Source: the human T2T-CHM13v2.0 reference genome, Homo sapiens | DNA: 64,000 bases | Direction: 5' to 3' (one strand) | Assembly: GCF_009914755.1 (NCBI RefSeq) | Contig: NC_060930.1 | In this document: piece after piece, positions 25,515 to 42,560 of the stretch | Layout: every line of letters starts with the position of its first letter | How positions within the stretch are numbered: position 1 is the first letter of the stretch | Program-made: the position numbers and the translations under genes | Notes under the pieces: model-generated | Database searches by the model: none | What the model was told of the DNA's origin: nothing | The model's input: only the letters and a program-made list of their open reading frames with translations

Positions 25515-28500
25515 TCTAAAAAGAATTATCCTGATACTAAAGCAAAACAAGACACATCAGGAAAACAAAACTACAGAGCAATAGATCTATAAATATTGAT
25601 GCAAAAATGTGCACAAAATACTGACAAACTAAATTCAGCAGTACAGCCAAAGGATTACACAACATGATCAAGTGGGATTCATTCCTGGACGGCAACAATA
25701 GTTCAACATACTAAAACTAATCAGTATAATATGAAACATAAATAAAATGAAGACAAAAGTAAGTATTGTTATTCATTTAAAAAGCATTTGACAAAATTTA
25801 ATTCCCTTTTATTAAAAAATTTAAAAATCTAGGAATAGAAGGAAACTACTTCAGCATAACAAAGGCTATACATGAAAAGCTTATAGTTAACGTCATACTG
25901 AGTGATGAGAGACTGAAAGCTTTTTTGCTAACATCAGGAACAAAGCAAAGATGCCCACACTTGCCACTTCTATTCAACATAGTATTGGAAGACCTAATCA
26001 GAGAAGTTAGGCAAGAAAAATAAATAAAAAGCATCTAAATTGGAAAGGAAGAATAAAATTATCTCATAAGATGACATGGTCTTACATGTGGAGCACCCTA
26101 AAAATAGAACACACACATAATAAAATCTGATAGAACTAACAAATAAATTCAGTAAACTTTCAAAACACGAAATGAACATGCAAAAAAACAATTAAATTTA
26201 TATACACCAAAAATGAACAATACCAAAAGGAAATTAAGAAAACAATTCCATTTAAATGGTATCAAAAAGAATACTCAGGAATAAACTTAGCCAAGAAGAC
26301 AAAAGACTGTACACTGAAAACTACAAAAAGATTCTGAAAAAAATTAAAGAAGATGCACATAAGTGGAAAGATATCCACAGGAAACTTCTCCAGGCAGCCT
26401 TGAACCAACCCAGTTCTTCCACTATTCTCACTTGTAGTTCTCAAGAATAACTGTAGAATGTACTGGGAATGCAACACACGAATATAGGAGGAAGTGACTG
26501 GAAGGCTCTGTTCCAGTCTCCTCTAGACACAGGATGTCCTTCAATGTTTTAGCCTCACAAATTCTATTACCCTTAGAGTGTAAAACCAAAGATGAACTAC
26601 TCTCCTGGGCCTCTCAGCTGCGGTACAAATGGATTATGTTCTGACAAGATTCCATCTTCCCCCAGGCAGCTTTCCTGAGCCTTGGAGCCTGGGTTGTAAT
26701 GACTCCCAGGTTTCCGTTGTCCCTTCCTGCCTATTTGTAAGTAATAATAAGCCTGCCTCGTGTAACTTGTTATGTGTATGGGTGTTCTGTCTCACTGGAC
26801 TCAGACAAGTTGGTAACAAGTGCATAGTGAATTTGCTTCACAATATCAGTATTTATGGATTGGCCAACAATATTTCTGAGATGTCAGTAATACTCAAAGT
26901 GATCTATAGATTCAGCGCAATCCCTATCAAAATCTCAATGATGTTTGTGGCAGAAATAGAAAAATTCATCCTAAAATTCATGTAAAATCTCAAGGGACTC
27001 TGAATAGTCAAAACAGCCTTCAAAAAGAACAAAGTTGAAGGCATCTCATTTCCTGATTTCAAAACTTACAAAGCTACAATAATCAAAACAACGTGGTACT
27101 GGCATCATGACGGACATATAGACCAAAGGAAAAGAATAGAGTTCAGGAATAAGCTCTCACACAGATGAGCAAATGATTTCCAACAAGGGTGCCAAGACCA
27201 TTTAATGGGATAAGGACAATCTTTCAACAAATGATATTGGGAAAACTGGATACTCATATATGAAATAATGAAGTTGAACCCTTACCCCTGCATAAAATTA
27301 AAATGTAACACCATATAAAACAAACTAAATATAAGAGCTAGAATGCTATAAAACTTCAAAGAAAACACGGGAAAAGTTTCATGACATTAGATTTGGCTAT
27401 AATATATATACATTTTTGGATTACACCAAAAGCACAGGCAGCAACGACAAAAAATAGATAAATTGTATTTCATAAAAATTTTTGTCCATCAAAGAACACT
27501 ATCAACAGATTTTTTTCCCATGGAATGAGAAAAAATATTTACAACTCATCTCTGATAAAGAATTAATATCTAGAATACATAAAGAACTCTTACAAATCTA
27601 CAACAAAATCCCAAACAACCCAGTTGAAAAATACACGGGATTTTAGACATTTCTCCAGAGAAGACATACAGATGGCCCATAAGCACATGAAAGATGCTCA
27701 ACAACACTAATGATTAAGTAAATGCAAATCACAACAACAATGAGATACCACCTCATACCATTTAAGGTAGCTATTATCAAAGCAAAATGAAACAAACAAA
27801 AACCCAGAAAATACCAAGTGTGGGTAAGGAAGTGGGAAAATTAGAACACTTACACATTACTGGAGGGAATGTAAAATGGTGTCGCCACTTTGGAAAATAA
27901 AAAATTAAAAATGGAATGTTGGTATGTTTAATATGATAGTTCTTCAAAAATTAAACATGAAATTGTAACACGATCCAGCAATCCCACTGTGGGTATATAT
28001 TCAAAAGAAATAAAAGCAGGAATTAGAACATATATTCGCAAACAAATGTTCCTAGCCGCACTATTTACAAAGTCAAAAAGTGGAAACAACCCAAATATCT
28101 ATTGATGCCTGAGTGGATAAGCAGATGTGGTATTACATACAATGGAATATTATGTAACTTTAAGAATGAATGACATCCTGACACACTACAACGTGGATGA
28201 ACTTGGAGGACATTATGCTGAATGAAATAAGCCAGCGCAAAAGGACAATTTTGTATGTATATTATTGCATTTAGATGTGGTATCTGGAGTAGTCAAATCA
28301 TACAGACAGAAAATGGGTGGTGGCCAGGAGTTGGAGGGAAGGAGGAATGAGGAGTTATTGTTTAATGACTATAGTGTTTCAGTTTGGGGAGTCGAAAAAG
28401 TTCTGGAAATGGTTGATGGTGGTGGCTGCATGACAATGCAAATGTACTTGATGCTACTGAACTATACATCTACCAATGATTAAAATGGCAAATTTCATGT

Positions 28501-28525
28501 TCTATATAATTTACCACAACTTTAA
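25515..28525 (+). mobile_element. Old L1 (L1MA/MB-like), ORF2 remnant and 3' UTR, split by a solo LTR
   Basis: Degenerate ORF2 (cacttctattcaacatagtattggaag; VIYRFSAIPIKI) and L1M-type 3' UTR ending ttaccacaactttaaa. Confidence 0.85.
26376..26842 (+). mobile_element. Solo LTR, ERVL-type (LTR32-like)
   Basis: 467-bp non-L1 block ending in ...CA with 5-bp TSD ATATC (26371-26375 / 26843-26847); L1 resumes on the other side. The family name is from memory. Confidence 0.7.
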
Positions 28526-29686
28526 ACTCCCCTCCCCTGACAGCAATTTGCTCCATATACCTTCAAAATAGCTGGAGGTATCTTCTGATCACAAGCAGAG
28601 GTTAAAATACTCACATAACTCAGCATTTTGTCAATAATTAATTTAGCACATTTTTCTCATAATATTACTGTCTCAGGCTGCAAAATAAATCACCCCCTAT
28701 CACCTTCTGGACATAGTCTTTGTTAATGACAGCTCTGTTTCTATCACCTGTCAGAGCTTCCATTAATGGCTCCTTTATTTCAAAAGCCCAGATAATCCCA
28801 TGGAAGCAGGCTGCTGGTGTCACTCCATTCCTTCAGTTTAGAATTTTTTTCTGAAGAAAATAAAAATTTTCAACAAACCACTGTCTCACATTAGGAAAAA
28901 CTGTCACCAGCAGTGGAGCAAGGGATTGTGAAACTTAAAAAAAAAAAAAAAAGTTTTGCAATCTGAATTCTGCATCAAGATGGCTTTCATAATTAAAAAA
29001 AATTCCTGTGGCATTCTAAATTTGATAGTTTTAAGAATCCTGTTGGAATGGTTTTTTATCATTCATCACTCATGTGTGTCATATCATTATGACAACTCAT
29101 TTAAGAACATGTTTCCATTCCAATAAAAAGAACTGCCTAGTATTGGCTATTTTCTCACTGTGTTTAAGTTTTTATCTTTCTTTAAGTTATTTCCTCCCTT
29201 TTGGGAGGAATCCAGCATGTAAACAGAACCAAAGACAAAGAACCACAAGGAAAAAGAAAGCTTCCTTCGCTCCCTCCATCTGTTTTTACTGCCTGCCTGC
29301 AATTGTCTTCCTTTAAAAAATAAGATAGGCATAGTTTGCACAGCAAAAGATTACATTTAACTAAATAAAGTGTTTTGGGACATTATGATATTAGAGTTTT
29401 TAAAGTGGAGTGGATTATCATTTTTAAAAGTCACATTTTTTCTATATAATTACTGTACTATGCATTTTACTCTACAAATACTATATCAAAACATTCAATG
29501 AACTGTTAAGAGAGAAATTATCTTGCTAAGCTCTGAAAATATGAAATGTAGCTTCTTTTAAAATGACATTTAATTTTGTTTTAAAGATGGTACATGACCC
29601 ATACAAGTGTATTTGTTATTTAAAAAAGTAATAGAAATTATAATGAACTCTTTAAAATGTATCAGCCTCTCTGTAAATATTTTTGG

Positions 29687-30315
29687 TTTTTTTAAAATTG
29701 TACTTTAAGTTCTGGGATACATGTGCAGAATGTGCCATTTTGTTACATAGGTATACACATGCCATGGTGGTTTGCTGCACCCATCAACCTGTCATCTACA
29801 TTGGGTATTTCTCCTAATGCTATCCCTCCCCTAGCTCCCCAGCACCCGACAGGCCCTGGTGTGTGATGTTCCCCTCCCTGTGTCCATGTGTTCTTATTGT
29901 TCAACTCCCACTTATGAGCGAGAACATGCAGTGTTTGGTTTTCTGATGTTGACAAATAGGAATTCTTTTACACTCTTGGTGGGAGTGTAAATTAGTTCAA
30001 CCATTGTGGAAGACAGTGTGGCAATTTCTCAAGGATCTAGAACCAGAAATACCATTTGACCCAGCAATCCCATTACTAGGTAATACCCAAAGGAGTATTA
30101 ATCATTCTACTCTAAAGACACATACACAAGTAAGTTTATGGTGGCACTGTTCACAATAGCGAAGACTTGGAACCAACCCAAATGCCCATCAATGATAGAC
30201 TGAATAAAGAAAATGTGGCACATAGACACCATGGAATACTATTCAGCCATAAAAAATGATGAGTTTATGTCCTTTGCAGGGACATGGATGAAGCTGGAAA
30301 CTATCATTCTCAGCA
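29687..30315 (-). mobile_element. L1PA with 5' inversion (twin priming)
   Basis: Antisense 3' end 29687-29945, sense segment 29954-30315, TSD AAATATTTTTGG (29675-29686 / 30316-30327). Confidence 0.9.
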
Positions 30316-32729
30316 AAATATTTTTGGCTTTTTTGGCCTTAAAAACATTATTTTCTCTTTTTCTCCAAGGTTCTTTGTTTAGTTGAGAGACTTGTGTTTG
30401 GCCATAAGATTGGCTATAAAATTTTAATTTTAATGTGTACTCCAAAGGAGTATTTTACTATTTATACATTTGAATAGTCAGTTAATGACTTAAATTTTAC
30501 CCATTGAAAATAAATGTGCCTTTTAATAAATTACCTTCCTAGGAGAAAAAATGAAATAGTGCTTAAAATTAAATATACAATTTGAAGAAAATAGATTTTA
30601 TATTAATCTCCAAACCTCCATGTGTTACGACCAGGATTATTTAAATAATAAATTTAGGAAGTTTTCAACTAATATCATCCTTTGTTTGATTCTGGTATTA
30701 GTGTCCATCATTTATAAGAATGCTATTCATGTTACCTTTATGAATGAAGCAAAAATTCCTTGAGCTCCTCTGGAAAGTTAGCATGAGTTGGCTGTTTTCT
30801 GTTTCTGCAACTGTGTATATATAGCATATGGGATTCTTTATTTGAAACTGCTTTTAAAATAAAAATAAAATTAAAATTAACATTGAATTCTTTCCAAAAT
30901 ACTTACTAGGATTTTTTAAAACCACAGTTGATTACATTGGCTCAATTGTAATTGCATCTTTTTTTATTCCAGTGTACAAGAACTTTCTGTTCTCCCGCTG
31001 TTTACAATAGTAATGCCATAGGAGCAAAGATTGCAGGTACATCGTGCCTGTTTCTGTTGTCATCACCTATTTGGCTAGGGAATAGGGAGAAATAGTTGAT
31101 GGTTCTGAAACCTCTCCTGCGACCATGTGAGGTAAAAAGGTATGGCTATGCACATCCTGGGACTAGAAAGAGTTTTATCTTTTCCTAACCTCTTCTATCT
31201 CAGGTTGCTATTGGAAATTTTTTTCTTAGAGTATAAACATGGGGCAGACTAATGTGGTAACATACAGAATTGTCTGGGAGACACTTTATTTTAAGAACAC
31301 TCAAGTAATAGACAACCATTCTGCCCCTTGCTGGACCATCCTGAAGAAAAAAAAATGTCCAAGTAAAAAATCTCCTGCCCTACAAGTGTTAACTTTCCTC
31401 TTTTCTTTTCTGAAATCTCTGAGGATGGTGTGAGAATGCTTTCTGATGGGGCTGGTTAGCTGTGAGTTTTAGAATGATACTCAGATGAAGCTAAATTCTA
31501 TGAGTTCTTGTTACCTTTGACTCTTCCTGTGACACAGGATACATATTCAACACAGTCATCTTATATATGTGTGTTATAGCATTTACACAGGAAGATTATC
31601 AGAAAAATTATTCAAAATTTATGTCCCATATGAGGAAGGTGAGTGTGACATTTTTGAACACATATGAATACACAGTCGAAATCCACCGGAGAAAAGCAAA
31701 TGTCGGTTCGTTTTGTTACTAACCCTTCTTGTCATTTCATGTAAGTAATTTCTCTAATTTGTGCCTCAGTTTTCTCTCCTGACAAATCATGATAATTATA
31801 TAAGGAGGTAAGCCTTCTTAAGTTAAAACTCTTAAGATATCAATTTGGGAATTTACTGGTTTTGAAAAACTTGGACAAGTTAGAAAACTTTTCAGAGTTT
31901 TATAATTTTTTAAGCTGAGAATACTTACATTAATAAAAATAGAAAAATGTGGGAGATGTTCCACTGTTGTGATTGTCACAAAATAAGTTGTCAGTGGATG
32001 GTAATTTTCATTATTTTTCCTAGTATGCATTTTTAGTGGTCTCAAGAAAACACATGAGACTATAATATATATTAATCTACTTGGAGAACCAGAATTAATA
32101 TTGGACTGATGTATCAAAAATGAAAACTGAGAAGTATTTAAATTAATTCATTTATATATGATGTCATGACTACTCCTACTGAAAACAAACAACTAAACCC
32201 AAAATTGGTCAGCATAACATTTTTAGCTGTATTAATGTTGAAACAATACAAACAAGAAAACCAAATCATGTGAAAAGGTGAATTAGCTCAGTAACTGAGT
32301 GCATATTAGTATGGCTTCATTGTATAGATTCTAAAAATACTAATCATTAGCTGATCATCACCATTTTGAGTGTAAAGATACCTCCTTAATGTTAAAAATA
32401 TTCACCGACCTATATACAATATGGTAGTTTTAGGATTTATTGATTGAGAAAATACAGAGTAACAAAAAACAAATGAGGGTTCAATTTCAGTTTTCAGTGA
32501 GTTTGCATTTTAATTATTCTGTCATAGGAGTATATGCACAAGTTGTATATCCAAGTCTGCCTTCAGTGAAACTGGGGCTCATTGTTGAACATATCTAAAT
32601 TCTACAATTTAGAGGCAAAATGGGGTGAGAACTGTTTTTGTTATTTTTTGTACAAATGTAAACCTATTTTTTTCCATAGTGCATACAAAGTCATGGAGGG
32701 AGATTTGAGATTTAGAATGCAATAAATTA

Positions 32730-33245
32730 TCATTCGTTTCTTCATTAATTCCTTCAAAAACTTCTCCAGTGAGCCTGTGTTATGAGCCAAGGGGGTGGGG
32801 ATACAACAGTGAATTAAGACAAAGATGCTATCCTCATGCTATTGCCACTTACAGTTTTGTGGGCAAGAAACACAACAAACAAACATTTTATAATATAATT
32901 TTGCAAAAATAGTGACAGAAGGGTAAGGGGCAAGAGAGTGAGAGGGGTGTGTGAGTGTGTGTGTGTGTATGTGTGTTTATGTATGTGCCTGTGAGAGAGA
33001 GAATGTAACAAGGAAAGTCTGAGGAGATAATTAACATTTGAGGAGGCTAACATTTACATATTTGGGGAAAGGTATTTCTGGCAGTGGAAATAACATGTCC
33101 TAAAACAGTAAAGAAATTGTCATGTTAGAGCAACATAAAGAGGACAAACTAGGCTACAGGAGGGTAACCAAGGAAGGGTGATAGGAAGTGAGGTCAGAGA
33201 TTTAGGTGGGGTTTCATCATCGAGGGCCTTGCAGGGCATGACTGC
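32730..33245 (-). mobile_element. L2 fragment containing a (GT)n/(GA)n tract at about 32947-33002
   Basis: cattcgtttcttcattaattccttcaaaaa...gggatacaacagtgaattaagacaaag. Confidence 0.7.
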
Positions 33246-33829
33246 TATCAGACAAGTTTGCCTCAGAGGTAAAAGCAGTTATGACAACTCTTGAAAAATA
33301 AGATTTTTCCTGCCTAATCTTTTCCCACAAGTTTGCAAAAATTAATACAGCTTTCTAACTTCTGAATTCACATTTATATCTAGGAAACTAAGTGTTATTC
33401 TTTTTTTCACGTGCAGTTAGAGAAATGATCTCTTCCTGTTTTTGACTGCCCCTCAGAACTTTTTATTAATAATTCTGTATTAGTAGTGGGCAGGGGAAAT
33501 AGCTTCCTATTTTATAAAACTCAGACTTCTGGGGCACTTGAAACCGGAGTTTATCTTTAATTTACTTTTGGTTCCGGTTTCTAGAACCTCAAATTTCTTG
33601 TTAGTATGGGGTCTTTTCTTCCACAATCAGAGAAAAAATTAATTAAATGTGGGTATTGAGTCATCGTTGTTTATGAAGAATGGAATTATATCTGGGTGAG
33701 ATGGAAGGGTAGATGTTTAGATTATGACTTTTGTGTAGTTTGAATTTTTACAAAAAACCTGAATTCTTTTCCATTTAGAAAAAGAGAAACTTGTAGTTCC
33801 TTATCATTTCAACATTTTTCCTTCTCCTC

Positions 33830-34790
33830 TCTATAGGCTCACTTTATCTACTTCTGTGATTTTAATGTAAAAACCTAAATTTCCTGTTCTGCCATTTCTT
33901 TTGAGGCCCAGAGTCTTTTGTCTAATTAACTACTGAATATTCTGCAGACAGTTAAAACCCAGGGTATCTAAAATCAGTCACCAATTTTCTGTCCCAGACC
34001 TGCTTCTGCTCCATATTCCCAGTCATAGCTGATGGCATCCCATTCCACCTGTTCTCCCAAGTTAGAATTCTGAATCATCTTTGCTCTTTTTTCTTTCTCC
34101 CTCATCCTCAGGTCACAGCACATTGTTCTACTGTAAGGTTATTTCCCAAATAGCACCTTGTCTCCTTTCCCATTTACTACTGCCTCTTACCTAAACTTGT
34201 GCAATAGCCTCCTGTTAGTTTCTTCAAATCTGTTCATCTCCCATTATTCTTAATGGTGTGCTTATAAAAATACAGTATGTAAATAACTTTCACTTGTTCC
34301 CAATGGTCTATAAGATATTCAAAATTTACTCAGCATGCCATGCAAGTCTATTTACAGTCTTTTAAGTTTGATATCTGGCCTCATAATCTAGGGTCTGGCT
34401 GCAACAAAATACTTGTCATTCTTCAAATATTTGCTCAGGCTTTTCCCTCCTATGGTAATGTTACCTTCACTCTCTAAGACACACATAGATCTTTCATTTC
34501 CTGGTAAATAAGCTGCCTCACACCGTTCAATATTAAATGTGGTTTTCTTTGTGAGTTCTTGCTGTTCTCATGGTTGCCCCTTTCTATATTTCTAAGAATT
34601 CTCTCTTCTCTGTCCCTTTCCCTATCTCACATTTTTTTATTATTAGCTGAAAATATGTCCATCTCTTTTATAATACAGGAACAGTCTAAGAGCAGGAGCT
34701 ATTAATATGTCTATCTCATTTATCTTCATGTCTACAGAACACACCACAGTGTCTGTCTTATAGTATGGGTTCAATTAATGTTTAGTGACA
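33830..34790 (+). mobile_element. L2 fragment
   Basis: Pyrimidine-rich L2 phrases; end agagcagggagc...acagtgtctgtcttatagtatgggttcaattaatgttt. Confidence 0.6.
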
Positions 34791-35454
34791 TTAAAAAAGG
34801 AGGAGGAAAAGAAGAAGAAAAATGCAAATAAACCCGGGAGAGAACACAGTGTCTAAAATGTTACTGTGAGTATTTTTGGATCCTTTATTGAGAATATTAG
34901 GTTACATAGTAAAGAAATGTTGTGTTTGGTCTCTTACAACACAAAAGCCCTAGTAGTCAAATACCAGAGAGAAAGGTTTTTATACACAGTTGAAAAAAGG
35001 GCACAGAGAATATTGGTTTGAAAAGTTGTATGTAAACAGCTCCTTCTTCATCATATTGCCCAGTGATGATTATTACTTCAAAGGTTGGTCTGGATAATAT
35101 TGCTTGAAATCAGTTGTGTTCACCTTAGCACATGATCAGAACAGCCTGTGATTATTACGTTAATTCTGAAACCCAAACCCCTCTGTTTAAGTGTGAAGAA
35201 ACTGAGACACAGAGGAGTTGTGAGGCATGTCTGCTTTTATTATTATGGATATAATTTGATTCTGTGCAAAGCCTAGAGACTTCCAACCCCCATCATCTTT
35301 TATAGCTCCTTTTAGAGAAGATTGCAAATTCTTAAACCCCTAACATAGGACATACACCAATAAATTTAACACAATTGGTTTCATGGGTTAAATTTCCCTC
35401 AATTGGGATACTAAGTTGTACAACTAACTTGAACTAAATCAAGATCTGCAATCT

Positions 35455-35526
35455 TTTATGAATGCTCCATGTGTCCTATTCTTTAATTTTTTTATGAATG
35501 CTCCATGTGTCCTATTCTTTAATTTT
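35455..35526. repeat. Perfect 36-bp tandem duplication
   Basis: TTTATGAATGCTCCATGTGTCCTATTCTTTAATTTT x2, identical. Confidence 0.95.
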
Positions 35527-35529
35527 CCT

Positions 35530-36440
35530 CTAGTCCTCTCCATCATGAAATAACAATTCCTTAGTTCTAGTTGTTTGGTTCAAAACTCTTAAATGTAACC
35601 TTGATTTTTCTTTTTTGTCTTACATTCTACGTCAGATCCATCTGCAAATCCTGATAAGCATCCATTCAAGACATATTCAGAATCTCACACTTTCTAGTTA
35701 CTGCACAGCAACTACTTTCTCCTAGGTACTTTCATCTCTTGTCTATAATATTTACCATATTTTCTTGTCTCCTTACTTCGGCTCTTGCCTGAACATAGCC
35801 CAATCTTATAGTACTAGAATAATCCTATGAAAACATCAATTGTATTATGTCATTTCTCTGTTTAAACCCTCCAATGGCTTCCATTTCACTGTGAAACCAA
35901 GCCAAAGTCCTTACGGATGGCCCTCAATGTTTTACATGATTTGCCTTCCTCCCTCTAGTTCTCTAATCTCCCACTATTTTCCACCTTACTTACTGTATTC
36001 TGGCCACACCAGCCTCCTTGCTTCTTTGAATTGTGGGCACTCGCCTATCTGAGTATTTTAGCCCTTGCTGTTCTTTCCCTGGAGCATTCCTCCAAGGAAT
36101 TCCACATGGTTCATTGCTTTATCCCCCTTCAGACTTTTCTTCAAATGTTATCTTTGCAGTGAGGACTTCCCAGGATATCCTGATACTGTAACTTCCTCTC
36201 AGACCACAGCTATCCCCTATCTCCCTTACCTGTTCAAATTTTCTCCTTGGGGCTTATTACCATGAATCACATATTTTCCTAATTTATCCTCTTAATTGTC
36301 TATCTCCCTCAAACTCCAAAGATGAGAACCACAAGGACAAGGATTTATGTATGTTTTGTTCACTTATAAATTCTTAACATTGGTAACAGTGTTTAACACG
36401 TAGCAAATACTAAAAAAGTGGCTGAGGGAAATAATGAAGG
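35530..36440 (+). mobile_element. L2 (L2a-like) 3' region
   Basis: aaaccctccaatggcttccatttcac...ctggccacaccagcctccttg...cagtgaggacttccc. Confidence 0.75.
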
Positions 36441-36489
36441 GTTCAAAGCAAAATACATAAAAAACTGCAACAAAAACTTTTTGTGTGTC

Positions 36490-39457
<2,968 letters not shown>

Positions 39458-40683
39458 AAAAACTTTTTGTGTGTCTTGGCTTTGCTTGCATATACAACTT
39501 CTGTTGAAAACACCCTATCTTGGATCACCAAAGTGTCCCCTTAACGACTTGAAATCATTAGGTGTTATATTAAATATAGGCCGACATCTTAGAACATAAT
39601 AATAATGTAAGAGTGAATATGTTTAAAATGTAATGCAATTACTAAAAATATAATTTTAAAAAATGGAAGGGTCACATGTTCATGGATGGCCTAGTTTATT
39701 AATGCTAGACCATTATTTGTAAGAGCTGTGACTACATGTAATAATTAGTCTCATAGAAGAAAGAAGCCCATTGCTTCTTGGCTCCCATGGCGCCATGGTT
39801 GTGTTTTCTAGGAAGTCTGAGGCAGCAGGATACTGAACCCCATGCCTGTCCTGTTAGATCAGTTAACATGGATCGGTGACCTTTCTTTTTGTCCTTTAAC
39901 TAGACAGGGACACCTCAGTTTCTCAGAATCAGTAGAATGTTGAACATACTCACTAACCCATCTGGTTCTCTGCCATCAGTCTTGTGCCCTGTCTAAAGTG
40001 TTGAAAGGCTATATTGCTTCACCCTTGAGTTAAAGATCTTATTTTTTTTGAAGTCTGGCCTAGGGAGGCTGGGAGATGACATTAAATCTGTTTTATTCAT
40101 TCCATGCTGCTGTGTAAAAATCCACTCACTGAAAAGATAAATATCTTGCTCTTTGTTTCATGTTTAAAATTACAGGTTTTTAAATAAGATTATAACATAA
40201 TGTTCAGGTAAATCTAATATATGGAGGAAGACAGAATCAATAGGAACACAGAGAAGATAATCTGGTGACTTGATGATATTGAAAAGTTTTGGCTCCAACA
40301 GTGTGCCCACTTTGGGACTTTTTAGTCGTACGAAGTCAGAAAAAGCTCCTGGTTTGTTTAAGTCATTTGGAATTAAGTTTTCTGATTTTTATAACAAGAG
40401 AGCATTAATATATCTATGTAGTTAATTAGGAGCTTACATAAAAGATGATATTTTGAAATTGTACACTCTGATGAGTAAGATTAAAATTCACATTTATAGA
40501 CTATCTATTACAGATCTTGGATTTGGCATGCATGTATTAAAAGCAAGTTATGTTCTAGGTGTTGGTGACATCAAGAGGAAAATAAAACATCATATCACTC
40601 CTTTGAGAGATAAAGCAGAAAAGCCTGGAGTACTACAGCAAGAAGAAACTACTTATTCTTACTATGCCATCTGATAGGGACTC

Positions 40684-41063
40684 TGATATGGTTTTGTTCT
40701 GTGCTCCCACCCAAATCTCATCTAGAATTGTAATCCCATTGTGTTGAGGGAGGAACCTGTAATTCCCATGTGTCGAGGAAGGGAAGTGATTGGATTATGA
40801 CGCAGTTTCCCCCTTGCTGTTTACATGATAGTGGGTGAATTATCACAAGATCTGATGATTTAATAAATGGTAGTTTTTCCTGCATGCTCACACTCTCTAC
40901 TGGCACTTTGTGAAGAAGGTGCCTGCCTCCCATTCTGCAATGATTGTAAGTTTTCTGAGCCCTTTCCAGTCATGAGGAACTTTGAGTCAATTAAATCTCT
41001 TTTCTTTATAAACTATCCAGTCTTGTTTACTTCTTTATAAAAGTGTGAGAAAGGATTAATACA
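40684..41063 (+). mobile_element. MaLR solo LTR (THE1D/MSTA-like)
   Basis: TGATATGGTTT...cccacccaaatctcatc...TAATACA with 5-bp TSD GACTC (40679-40683 / 41064-41068). Confidence 0.9.
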
Positions 41064-41853
41064 GACTCCCAAATTGTTGCATTGGGAACTATTGGGAAGG
41101 GGAAAAGGTTGGGAATAGAGTTTATAACCAATTTATGAAAGATCATAATATTTCCAGTTAAATGCTGTATTCTATAGGAAAGATAATGTTTTGGAGGATT
41201 TTTAAGCAGAAAAGAAACACTTAATAAGTTATGACCCAGGAAGAATAGTTTGGTAGCAGTGTACATGATGAATTGAATTGGTGGAGATAAGACATTCATA
41301 ATTAGTAGACGGAATACAGTTTAATGAGATTTGCAGATGGCTCTCAGATTCTTACAAATCCAATCTTTTCCCTTGTTTCAAGAATTTGTAATAGGTCATG
41401 GTTTTCAAGTATTTTCTCTTAAGTCATATTTTATTAAAGACTCCCATATATAATCATACTTTAGAAAATAATATCTTCATGTAGTCTAAGCAAAATAATA
41501 ATGATGTCTAATGTTTGCATGTTTACCATCACAAAATATTCAGAAATATAATGTTGTGACATTACAAGATTCTGAAGTAATGGGGCAGGAATTTTTATTT
41601 TCTCACTTAGAAAACTACGACTCAGAGAGTTAAGTGATTATATTATATGATGTGTGAATTCACATAATGGAAGCAGATGTAGATTGTTATTCTCTAGAGC
41701 TTTTTGTTTATTCATATGGTGTCACAGGAGGCAGAACTGGACTAGTGCCTACTTTTTTCCACCAAACAAAACAAAATTAATTTAGTTTTTCACCTACTTT
41801 GTCACCTTGATTTAGTGACCTGAATGTATACAAAACCAAAGTCTTTTTCTCTA

Positions 41854-42134
41854 CTTTTTTTTTTTTTTTTTTTTTTTTTTAGACAGGGTCTTGCTCTATT
41901 ACCCAGGCTGGTGTGTAGTGGCATGATCTTGGCTCACTGCAGCCTTGACTTTCCAGGCTTAAGTGATAATCCCATCTCAGCCTCCTGAGTAGCTGGGGCT
42001 ACAGCTGTCCACCATCATGCCTGGCTAATTTTATTATTATTATTGTTCTTAGTAGAGATGAGGTCTCACTATGTTACCCGGACTGGCCTCAAAATCATGG
42101 GCTCAAGTGATCCTCCCACTTTGGCCTTCCAAAC
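41854..42134 (-). mobile_element. AluJ, slightly 5'-truncated
   Basis: Long poly-T followed by agacagggtcttgctct...ctcaagtgatcctcccactttggccttccaaa. Confidence 0.92.
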
Positions 42135-42560
42135 TTCTGGCTCTGCCCTGTTAACCTTGACTTTAAGATTATTTGTTATCCCTGACAGCTGCAGTTCAAT
42201 AAAAAATTTGGCAAGTCAGCACCCTAACTCATCACTTCAAGTTGCCAATAAAGATGATAAACTGAATTTGCATCCTTATTAGTAATGATCACCTCCAGTA
42301 AATGGAGATCTTCATTTTGGAAGATAACATAAAATCTATCCACATTGTTTTAATATATTGAGACTAGTATCTTCTATAAAGTCTAATCAGCATTTACAAG
42401 ACATATTAGTGTCAATATATATTCAATATATTTTTAAATGAAAGACTATATTGTGTTTGCCAGAGCTAGGCATAATCTGCTGGTTATCCAGTCTGTGTAC
42501 AATCATAAATATAAATTTTGTATATCAATGTCCACAGTTGCCTTTTAATTTCTGTGTTTG

